From positions 23,774-87,773 of IMG/VR virus record IMGVR_UViG_3300042922_000827: 64,000 nucleotides of DNA. One strand, 5' to 3'. Source of the stretch: a virus. How positions within the stretch are numbered: position 1 is the stretch's first letter; each line of letters begins with the position of its first letter. Made by a program: the position numbers and the translations under genes. Shown here piece after piece: positions 29,444 to 37,084 of the stretch. A model generated the notes under the pieces. It ran no database searches and was not told the DNA's origin. It was given only the letters and a program-made list of their open reading frames with translations.

Positions 29444-30136
29444 TCACTCTCCTTTATTTTTCTTTAATTTAGAATCTAGTTTAATTATTAGATCTGCAAG
29501 TATATCTGTAAAAATTTGAGTATATTGATTTGACATAGTTTTTATAACAGAATAATCCTTTACAGATATATCGGCACCTAAGTCTATTATAAGCTTTGTT
29601 AATTCATCATCGCATTCCGACTCACAAAGATATACTACTCTTTCAATCAAATATTGTCTCTTACTTTGAATAAAATAATTCACATCTATTATTTTATTTT
29701 CAAGTAAAAATCTTATACTTTGTATATCCCTACCAGATCCAAAACCGGTTTCTAATAATTTTACAATTTTTTCTTTTGGAAGTCCCGCATTTCTTTCTTG
29801 TACTAAGTAAGTTGCTATATCCATTTTACCATTGCGTATAGCATGATATAGCATTAATTCTTTTGTTATAGGAGTTTTATTAAGTCGATCTATGAACTTA
29901 TAGTCTACAAATTTCTTAAAGAAATCTAAAGTGCAATTATTACTAATCATAGCTTCTACAAGACCTCTAGAGTCAGAGACATGTTTGATAACTGTCTCTA
30001 CATCATCTAGCCTATTAGCATTCAAAAAAACAGCTATGGTATTATAAAATGTATAAATATTTTCTCCACTAATACTAAGCTTATTTACTAATATTTTTTT
30101 CAATATAATTTCACAATCTTCTGTTTGTGTAAACAT
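29444..30136 (-). CDS. ankyrin-repeat-like protein
   Basis: LYHAIRNGKMDIATYLVQERNA, IRFLLENK, TKLIIDLGADISVKD. Confidence 0.6.
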   Translation of the reverse strand: MFTQTEDCEIILKKILVNKLSISGENIYTFYNTIAVFLNANRLDDVETVIKHVSDSRGLVEAMISNNCTLDFFKKFVDYKFIDRLNKTPITKELMLYHAIRNGKMDIATYLVQERNAGLPKEKIVKLLETGFGSGRDIQSIRFLLENKIIDVNYFIQSKRQYLIERVVYLCESECDDELTKLIIDLGADISVKDYSVIKTMSNQYTQIFTDILADLIIKLDSKLKKNKGE

Positions 30137-30155
30137 AGCTAGAGCTCCTTTATTT

Positions 30156-30476
30156 TTATTTGAATCCTATGATTGTGTCATTTAATTTAAGTTCAGTTAA
30201 CCTCTCAAAAGATGTAGTATTGATAATAACATCTGCGTTCCAAATAGAAATTCCACGTTCAGTTTTAGATTTAACAAAGAAATTTTTATCTATATAGACA
30301 TCACCTTCTTTAGTTAATAGCATTCTATCTCCATCTATAAATTTGACTCCGAAATCTCTGCCTTCTTCCCAGTAGATATATCTTACTTTGGATTTAGCAC
30401 CATCTACGGTAACAAATTCAAATTCTTTTAAAATAGTTTCACAAGACCAAAAATACAAAGCAGCTTCAATTTCCAT
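30156..30476 (-). CDS. small early protein, family A copy 2
   Basis: clear similarity to 30928..31278 (EAxLYF, EFxFVT, LTKEGDV, WxADVxINT). Confidence 0.8.
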   Translation of the reverse strand: MEIEAALYFWSCETILKEFEFVTVDGAKSKVRYIYWEEGRDFGVKFIDGDRMLLTKEGDVYIDKNFFVKSKTERGISIWNADVIINTTSFERLTELKLNDTIIGFK

Positions 30477-30477
30477 T

Positions 30478-30825
30478 TTAATTCCTCCTAAAATCTCTAT
30501 TTACTACATCTAAGAATATAGTTGTTTCAATAGTACTTTGATTTTGTAAAAAATTCATTAATGCTTCCATAGAATGAGCATTAATAATCATATAACCATT
30601 CCACAAATCTCCGTCCACTTTATGCCAGTATATCATACTATCAGTGTATATATTTTGCGCGTATTCTAATCTTATACCTGCGTCAAAATATAAGCTCAAT
30701 TCATCATCCCAATCTTCTCCATCTAAATGAATACCCCTACTTGAATTTATATTTTCATTTTTAGAGATAGTAAAAGCATTATACCAAAATTGATTTCTAG
30801 TTATAAAGTTGCATTCAATTTCCAT
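30478..30825 (-). CDS. small early protein, family B copy 2
   Basis: similar to 31304..31648 (SxGxH, YF, IYxD, WxG...SxExL). Confidence 0.8.
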   Translation of the reverse strand: MEIECNFITRNQFWYNAFTISKNENINSSRGIHLDGEDWDDELSLYFDAGIRLEYAQNIYTDSMIYWHKVDGDLWNGYMIINAHSMEALMNFLQNQSTIETTIFLDVVNRDFRRN

Positions 30826-30857
30826 TTTAATTTCCCCCTAATATATTTTATTTATTC

Positions 30858-30876
30858 TCATATTTATAATATATAA
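30858..30876 (-). promoter_or_regulatory. early-type promoter
   Basis: TTATATATTATA-AATA-TGA. Confidence 0.75.
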
Positions 30877-30927
30877 CTAAGTATTGCTTAAAATACAAAA
30901 AAGAAAAGGTAAGCATTATGCTTACCT

Positions 30928-31278
30928 TTATATTTTATTAGGAATTCCATCTATCTTATTAATAGTAATAGCTACTGATTTATTCAGAATGGCACGTACT
31001 ATTCTTTCTATAGATGGTGTATTAATAACAACATCAGCACTCCATTTAAAATTTCCTTGACTGGCTTCTGGTTTTACAATAAACGGTTGATCGACGTTTA
31101 CATCGCCTTCTTTTGTTAAATGTAACAAATCCCCTTTTGTAAAGACAAAAGCGAATTCGGATTCCTTTTTATGGTCTTTATATATCATTCTAGGCTTATC
31201 ACCATTTGGTGTGACAAAGTCAAATTCATTAAAAATATCCTTATCTGATTTAAAATACAATGTGGCTTCAACTTTCAT
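30928..31278 (-). CDS. small early protein, family A copy 1
   Basis: paralog of 30156..30476; followed by hairpin 30905-30929. Confidence 0.8.
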   Translation of the reverse strand: MKVEATLYFKSDKDIFNEFDFVTPNGDKPRMIYKDHKKESEFAFVFTKGDLLHLTKEGDVNVDQPFIVKPEASQGNFKWSADVVINTPSIERIVRAILNKSVAITINKIDGIPNKI

Positions 31279-31303
31279 TTCAATACACTCCCAAATTATT
31301 CAA

Positions 31304-31648
31304 TTAAACTAATTCTAATTTCTTGATAATGACATTTGAAATCCCATGCTGAGTTGATATAAACTCGTGCAATTCTTCTATTGATGGAGTGCTAACACTG
31401 AGAGTTCCGATCCATTGTTCGCTTTGTTCATCATAAAAGAATTGAATTGGAGTGTCGCAATAGATAGTATCTGTTAGTGCTAATCTACTAGTACTACTGA
31501 AGTAAACATTATAAATCTTTTCATTGGCATTCGCACTGAAGTGGAGCCCGTCAGATGTAGAAAGAATGGCACCATTGACATTCTTAACTGGATATACATC
31601 GAATAGTAAAGATGGTTGCGGTGTTTTAACGTGGCATAAAATATTCAT
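31304..31648 (-). CDS. small early protein, family B copy 1
   Basis: AGGAGG RBS; paralog of 30478..30825. Confidence 0.8.
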   Translation of the reverse strand: MNILCHVKTPQPSLLFDVYPVKNVNGAILSTSDGLHFSANANEKIYNVYFSSTSRLALTDTIYCDTPIQFFYDEQSEQWIGTLSVSTPSIEELHEFISTQHGISNVIIKKLELV

Positions 31649-31684
31649 AATTAAATTCCTCCTTATGATGCAATCTATTATTGC

Positions 31685-31703
31685 TCATATTTATAATATA
31701 TAA
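31685..31703 (-). promoter_or_regulatory. early-type promoter
   Basis: TTATATATTATA-AATA-TGA, next to hairpin 31715-31741. Confidence 0.75.
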
Positions 31704-31780
31704 CTCAAAAAAATAAAGAGAAGAGCATTGCTCTTCTCTTTTATAACTTCATTATTATGATATATGCTTAAAAATTATAA

Positions 31781-33415
31781 TTAAAATACTGGCTTTGTCA
31801 ATCTCTTCTCATCTTCTGGTAAAACCATAGTTAGATTATATATGGATTGCATACCTTCATTGGTAGTTTCCATAATATTTTGTCCACCAAGAGATATATA
31901 ATGAGCCTTAGAATTTAGCTGTTTTTTAAGTTCCTCGTTTGCTTCTATACTAAAAACAGACTTACAGCTTACTTGGTCGCCATCATAATCCCCACCTATA
32001 GAACCTAAATAAGCATTACATATTTGAGCAGTATCAATAAATAGATTACTAGTATTCTTCCCAATATCTTCTTGTCTAATTTTAGGATAATGAGAATAGA
32101 AACAATTATTGATAACCATTGGTTCTGTTAGTTTTGTAGAGCTTACTCTTATTTTTGTTGGAAATTGATTATAGTAACTATCTATAGGATATCTAGTGAT
32201 AAGAACTGTTTTATCTTTAGTAACCTCTACAGCAGCTATATAAATAAGATCACACCAGGTTAAATCTCTATCCATTATAGGAAACTTAAGAATATCATTT
32301 CCATCTTTGTATTGCTTATCTGTAATTCCTCTACCTTTGAAACGTAGAGAAACCTTTTTCTTTTCATCTTCCAATGGAAGCAAAATTGGACGGAATCTAT
32401 TTGAATATCCGTGCATAAATCTATCCAGCTCTTCTTTTAATACTGTATCAGAAAAAGCTATTTGGTAATCTTTCATTTTATATTGTTTTACTGTTCCATC
32501 TAAAGTAGTTACTGTTCTTATAGGATCGTTTGCAAATTCGTTTTCAAAGAATCTTCTTAAATAGAATATAATATACGGGAAAAAGTTAGCTACTATAGAT
32601 GCTAATGGTACCGCTGTGTGGTCAAGATCTGTGAGCATATCTTCCATATGCTCAACTTTAAGGTTAGGTGCAGATAGTACCAAGCGAGATGAATAATCTG
32701 TTGTTTTACTAAGATTAGATCTTCTAAGTATACCTCTCTTGCCTGGTATATTAGGTTCTGATGTAAACCAATCGTATATACTAGCCAAAATTTCTTGGAT
32801 TCTTCCTCTTACAGAATTTGCAAGAGTCAATCCATATTCAGAAGATTCTTTTAAAGATCTAGTTGCAATAATAAGAGAGTTATATAATTTGTTTACATCT
32901 CCTATACCAACATATCCACCATCACTGTTAATATCTCTATAATATGCCGGAATAACGATCATGTTTTCTATAAAGATATAATCTTTATACTCTTTTAGGA
33001 AATTAATATTAGTATCTCTCCGAGAAGATCCAGTTGATTTGATTTTAATTTTGTCTATATTCTTTTTTAAGAACGACAAACCGGTCTCCCCATCTTCATC
33101 TTCTACCAATTCTCCAGAAGAATTTATCTTGAAATAACTAGTACCATAAACACATGCTTTAATCTTATTATCCATCTTAGACCACACTTTATAAAACAAT
33201 GGGTGCATAAATGGATCTTTTCCTAAAGATATATATGCAAACGTATTTGCCCTATCGTCTTTAGATATACCAAAGATCTCATTAGACAATAATCCATCTG
33301 TGGTAGGTGAATTATTCTTAGAAAAAAAGATAGGATTTGTTATTTCTGAAAGTTTATTTACTTTAATAAAATTATTTATTTTTAACGGTTTTATTGATAA
33401 ATATCGCTGAGCCAT
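31781..33415 (-). CDS. rpoC: multisubunit RNA polymerase beta-prime N-terminal/catalytic subunit (probably virion RNAP)
   Basis: GLLSNEIFG, VIPAYYRD, GKRGILR...DYSSRLVL, TRYP and catalytic GGDYDGDQ; late promoter at 33435-33446. Confidence 0.9.
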   Translation of the reverse strand: MAQRYLSIKPLKINNFIKVNKLSEITNPIFFSKNNSPTTDGLLSNEIFGISKDDRANTFAYISLGKDPFMHPLFYKVWSKMDNKIKACVYGTSYFKINSSGELVEDEDGETGLSFLKKNIDKIKIKSTGSSRRDTNINFLKEYKDYIFIENMIVIPAYYRDINSDGGYVGIGDVNKLYNSLIIATRSLKESSEYGLTLANSVRGRIQEILASIYDWFTSEPNIPGKRGILRRSNLSKTTDYSSRLVLSAPNLKVEHMEDMLTDLDHTAVPLASIVANFFPYIIFYLRRFFENEFANDPIRTVTTLDGTVKQYKMKDYQIAFSDTVLKEELDRFMHGYSNRFRPILLPLEDEKKKVSLRFKGRGITDKQYKDGNDILKFPIMDRDLTWCDLIYIAAVEVTKDKTVLITRYPIDSYYNQFPTKIRVSSTKLTEPMVINNCFYSHYPKIRQEDIGKNTSNLFIDTAQICNAYLGSIGGDYDGDQVSCKSVFSIEANEELKKQLNSKAHYISLGGQNIMETTNEGMQSIYNLTMVLPEDEKRLTKPVF

Positions 33416-33463
33416 TTGTATCTCTCCTTTCAATTATCTCAATGTTTGATAACCAAAAGAATA

Positions 33464-33489
33464 AAGGGTATGGCTTAAGCCATACCCTT
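33464..33489. terminator. 26-bp perfect palindrome
   Basis: AAGGGTATGGCTT|AAGCCATACCCTT overlapping the stop of 33475..33792. Confidence 0.7.
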
Positions 33490-33792
33490 CTTATCTATAA
33501 GTCGTATAATTATATTATTATCATTGCATATCGTAACCCCAACAACAAATTTATGTGCGAAGAAATCGACTCTAATGTTATTATACAACGATTCCATATA
33601 TGATATATCGCAATTTTTACTTGGACGTAGCAGGTAAAAACACCCATCTTCATCTTCTTTCAGATCTATATTAATATCACTGAAATTTGTAGATAATAGA
33701 CTATGCAGTACCAGATGCTCGTCGAAATATTTATACATTTCTTTTTCTTGATCTTTATGTTTTACTAATTGCGAAAACTGTTCTAGATCCAT
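33475..33792 (-). CDS. hypothetical protein
   Basis: 105-aa ORF; GGGGG RBS. Confidence 0.7.
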   Translation of the reverse strand: MDLEQFSQLVKHKDQEKEMYKYFDEHLVLHSLLSTNFSDINIDLKEDEDGCFYLLRPSKNCDISYMESLYNNIRVDFFAHKFVVGVTICNDNNIIIRLIDKKGMA

Positions 33793-33937
33793 TTTACATT
33801 ACACCCCCATCATAGCATCTGCTACAATTTTTAATATAATTGCTATATTTCATTTTAGAGATTATTACACCACTATCACGTCTATAACATAATAAGTTAT
33901 ATTTTAAATATTATAACTATTAAATAATAAAAATGGG

Positions 33938-34759
33938 GTGATGCAAATGGGTAAAATTAATTTAATTGGACAAATATTTGGTTACTGGAAAGTATTAGAC
34001 TTTGACGTAGTTTCTATTGGAACAACACATCCAAAATGGATATGTCTATGTACAAATTGTGGTAAAACCAAATCGGTTTATTCTCATAAACTAAGAAGTG
34101 GCGAATCTACCAGTTGTGGTTGTACATCAAGAAGAAAAAATATTGATGGTCAAACTTTTGGTAATTGGAAAGTTATTGGCTACGACGATGAAGAACAACA
34201 GAGAATCATTCAGTGTGTAAAATGTGGAGAAATAAGGAAAACGACTACGTATAGACTATTGCACAAATCAGATACTATCTTTTGCAATTCGTGTAAATAT
34301 TATAGAAATACTAGATGGCACGGATGTAGTGCGTTATATCCATCAGAATTCTCAACATATAGATCTATGATTAGTCGATGCTATAATAAGAATGATGTAA
34401 ATTATCCTTACTATGGAGGACGATCCATATTTGTTTGTGATGAGTGGATAGAATCATTCGAAATATTTGTCAAAGATATGGGACTAAGACCAGAAGGTAA
34501 GACTTTAGACAGAAAAGATTTCAATGGAAATTACGAACCCGATAATTGTAGATGGGCAGATTGGAAAGTACAAGCCAATAATAGGTCAAATAATGTATAT
34601 GAGACTATTAATGATATAACTTTAACCAAATCGCAATGGATAAACCTAATTGATATCAGTAGAAATGTAATTGAATATAGAATGCGCAAACAAAATATGA
34701 ATTTTGAGGAAGCTTTATTTAAAGATAGTCTAATAAATATAGTCGAACGGATTAAATAA
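33938..34759 (+). CDS. free-standing HNH homing endonuclease
   Basis: two GQxFGxWKV/CxxC repeats; YRSMISRC; TLDRKDFNGNYEPDNCRWA...QANNR. Confidence 0.85.
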   Translation: MMQMGKINLIGQIFGYWKVLDFDVVSIGTTHPKWICLCTNCGKTKSVYSHKLRSGESTSCGCTSRRKNIDGQTFGNWKVIGYDDEEQQRIIQCVKCGEIRKTTTYRLLHKSDTIFCNSCKYYRNTRWHGCSALYPSEFSTYRSMISRCYNKNDVNYPYYGGRSIFVCDEWIESFEIFVKDMGLRPEGKTLDRKDFNGNYEPDNCRWADWKVQANNRSNNVYETINDITLTKSQWINLIDISRNVIEYRMRKQNMNFEEALFKDSLINIVERIK

Positions 34760-34761
34760 AT

Positions 34762-34790
34762 ATATAGGGATGCGGATAGCATCCCTATAT
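34762..34790. terminator. bidirectional terminator
   Basis: ATATAGGGATGC / GCATCCCTATAT between convergent genes. Confidence 0.7.
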
Positions 34791-34807
34791 TTCATTTTTC
34801 AATTATA

Positions 34808-35014
34808 TTAAGATATGGCATCTATTATGGTATTGTTTTGTTGCTCGGCTTTACCAGCATCAGTTTTGGCTTCTTGCACCGCCGAATAGTATAAATAATG
34901 CAAGAAGCCCATCGGTTGTCTCAAGGCTTCTACAAAACTAAGTCTATTTCTATAGTACTTAGTTAGCATATTTACTCTATCGAGTAGTTGCTTGTAGCTA
35001 CCAATTGATGCCGT
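34808..35014 (-). CDS. tail chaperone C-terminal extension (-1 frame; gpT-like)
   Basis: open -1 frame entered at slippery T TTT TTA (35020-35014); RLSFVEALRQPMGFLHYLY. Confidence 0.55.
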   Translation of the reverse strand, partial: TASIGSYKQLLDRVNMLTKYYRNRLSFVEALRQPMGFLHYLYYSAVQEAKTDAGKAEQQNNTIIDAIS

Positions 35015-36591
35015 AAAAAAAGCAAGTTTAATGGAAGTATTGGCTCTGGTGCGAAATGATGTGTACACTTTACATTTGCTTTTGTTGTACCGGTACAATC
35101 AGCTTCTGGGATCTGATATATAATATCATCTTCGAGCAGTTTATTAATTGCACTAACTTCAGAACCGATTAATCCGTATTGATCAGAGGTTAGTTTTTTG
35201 ATTATATTATAATATGCTACAACTTTATTCTTAACAGTTTTTGTAACGTTATCTGGATCTGGTTTGGTGTCAATTGGAATGAGATTTTTTGTTTGCGCAT
35301 CAATAAGATATACACCCTCGATATAGGAAAGAATGCTAAGAATATCTGCATATTTTGTAGTGAATTCTTCATTTAATGCACTAGTTTCAAAAATTAATCC
35401 ATATACATGCGGAGCACGCATAGCAAATACATAATGTTCAGAAACTTGCACAAGTTTAGGCTCTAATGCAGAAGGGGTAGTATCTTCTCCATTAGCCAAA
35501 AGATGTTGAAATTTTGTTTTTACTTCTTCATTTGGATAGTGGACCATATCATCAATATTGGAAGTTTTTAATTCTAAATTAGAACAAGCAGGGCAATTGT
35601 ACGTTAAATGATTATTATACATAAACGTTGCTCTATACAGTGCAAAATATAAATGGTTAATATCAAATCCGCAAATAGTCTTTAACCATACATCCATATT
35701 TTGTGGTTTATTTGGATCTACAAGATGATTAAACATGATAGAATATGCTGTTCTAAATGCATGCATTCTATTTTTAAAGTTTTCTTGATTTAGATTAGTA
35801 ATTTCTTCGCCGCTTAATTCAGAAAATGTAATAAGGCGGTTTGAATTTGGCAGACCCCATTGTGCAGTATTTATTTGTTTTGTGGCATTACCAAGAGCCT
35901 TTGTAATAGAAATTGGTTTGCTAGAGATTCTAAATTCTTTTAGATCTATAGCATTAGGAATAACCTTTACAGTGGATTTAATTTGAGATTGATATTCTTT
36001 AAAGATTTGCTTTTGACGTTCGTGCTCTTCAGCATCTTCTTTTTCTTTCTTTTTTTCTTCTTCATCGTCTTCTTTAGCTTGTTTTTCTAAATCAGCTTCA
36101 TCTTCACCATCGAGTAGATCTTTAAGATCTTCATCATCAATGGAGAATCTGCTCATATCGCTTAATGCGCTAAGATCTTGAGCATCCATAATCTTACTTT
36201 CCGCAGACTGCACTGTCTGTCTTGTAGAATCAATGCTAATTTTATCAGGTTCTGATGTTTCGTTAGCTTCTGCTTCGAGTCTTGCCGCAACCATATTATC
36301 TTTCATTGGTCCGATGACGTTCTCTTGCAAATCTTTTTTAACTCTTTCTATATTTTCATCAATTAGTTTTAAAGCATTTTCTTCAAATACTTTTCCTGGT
36401 TCTACTCTTGGCGCAAACGCAGCTATTTCTCCAATATTTACGTTTTCCCCGTCTCCAACACCACCAACAGCATTAGGAGTGATAACTCCATTTGTAGCTC
36501 CTTCGTTCTTTTGAGATTTGGAATCAGGTATATTGACTCCTAGTTCTGCCAATGTAATTGTTTTTACATTTCCTTCGTTTTCTGTACTCAT
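34972..36591 (-). CDS. baseplate hub/tail assembly chaperone (T4 gp26-like) with acidic N-terminal extension
   Basis: DINHLYFALYRAT...YNCPAC and a second Cys cluster near the C-terminus; follows the gp25-like gene. Confidence 0.55.
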   Translation of the reverse strand: MSTENEGNVKTITLAELGVNIPDSKSQKNEGATNGVITPNAVGGVGDGENVNIGEIAAFAPRVEPGKVFEENALKLIDENIERVKKDLQENVIGPMKDNMVAARLEAEANETSEPDKISIDSTRQTVQSAESKIMDAQDLSALSDMSRFSIDDEDLKDLLDGEDEADLEKQAKEDDEEEKKKEKEDAEEHERQKQIFKEYQSQIKSTVKVIPNAIDLKEFRISSKPISITKALGNATKQINTAQWGLPNSNRLITFSELSGEEITNLNQENFKNRMHAFRTAYSIMFNHLVDPNKPQNMDVWLKTICGFDINHLYFALYRATFMYNNHLTYNCPACSNLELKTSNIDDMVHYPNEEVKTKFQHLLANGEDTTPSALEPKLVQVSEHYVFAMRAPHVYGLIFETSALNEEFTTKYADILSILSYIEGVYLIDAQTKNLIPIDTKPDPDNVTKTVKNKVVAYYNIIKKLTSDQYGLIGSEVSAINKLLEDDIIYQIPEADCTGTTKANVKCTHHFAPEPILPLNLLFLRHQLVATSNYSIE

Positions 36592-36605
36592 TTAATTTCC
36601 CTCCA

Positions 36606-36977
36606 TTATAATGATTCTAACGTTGTCGTTTCTTTATTAAAGGTTAATCTATATACTACATCGTCTATTACAATAGATATTCTAATCGTTTTATCCGATT
36701 CTGATACATTAACCTCAGCCGCTATTAATTCTGGTAGATATGTGGCTATTTGATCTTCATAGTCACTTTTAAGTTGTTCCAGATCATCACTAGATGAATA
36801 GCGGTATCTAGATATAATTCCAAGACCCATATCTGGTCTTGTTGGCATTGTCCCCTTTTCCAGCAATGCTAGCTCTATAAGCTTAATACATGTAGCATCT
36901 TGATCTTCGAAGACTTTAGGTCTATTGAATTCGTTTAGTGACATACTGTGCTCTCTTAAAGTGACATTATCACTCAT
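36606..36977 (-). CDS. baseplate wedge/sheath initiator (T4 gp25/gpW-like)
   Basis: LALLEKGTMPTRPDMGLGI...QIATYLPEL gp25 signature; late promoter at 37005-37016. Confidence 0.75.
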   Translation of the reverse strand: MSDNVTLREHSMSLNEFNRPKVFEDQDATCIKLIELALLEKGTMPTRPDMGLGIISRYRYSSSDDLEQLKSDYEDQIATYLPELIAAEVNVSESDKTIRISIVIDDVVYRLTFNKETTTLESL

Positions 36978-37004
36978 TTAACCACATCTCCTTTATAAAT
37001 TTAC

Positions 37005-37063
37005 TATTAAGTTGTTAGATTTAGGTATTTACACGCTTTAAATATAATGAAAACATATCAATA
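37005..37063. promoter_or_regulatory. divergent pair of late-type promoters
   Basis: AACA-ACTTAA-TA (minus, 37005-37016) and AACA-TATCAA-TA (plus, 37052-37063). Confidence 0.65.
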
Positions 37064-37084
37064 AGTTAAAAGGAGGACGGTCAT

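Noticed and set aside
875-33415. Inteins in the polymerase, primase or RNAP subunit
   Set aside because: No C/S...HN-(C/S/T) splice motifs or LAGLIDADG blocks were seen, and lengths leave no room.
33938-34759. HNH endonuclease as part of a group I intron
   Set aside because: It is antisense to its neighbours, both flanking genes look complete, and no intron core is visible; treated as free-standing.
35360-35390. SALNEEF in the tail chaperone as another ALNEE cleavage site
   Set aside because: It is followed by Phe rather than Ser/Ala/Gly and lies inside a folded non-head domain; probably chance, which also cautions against over-reading single sites.
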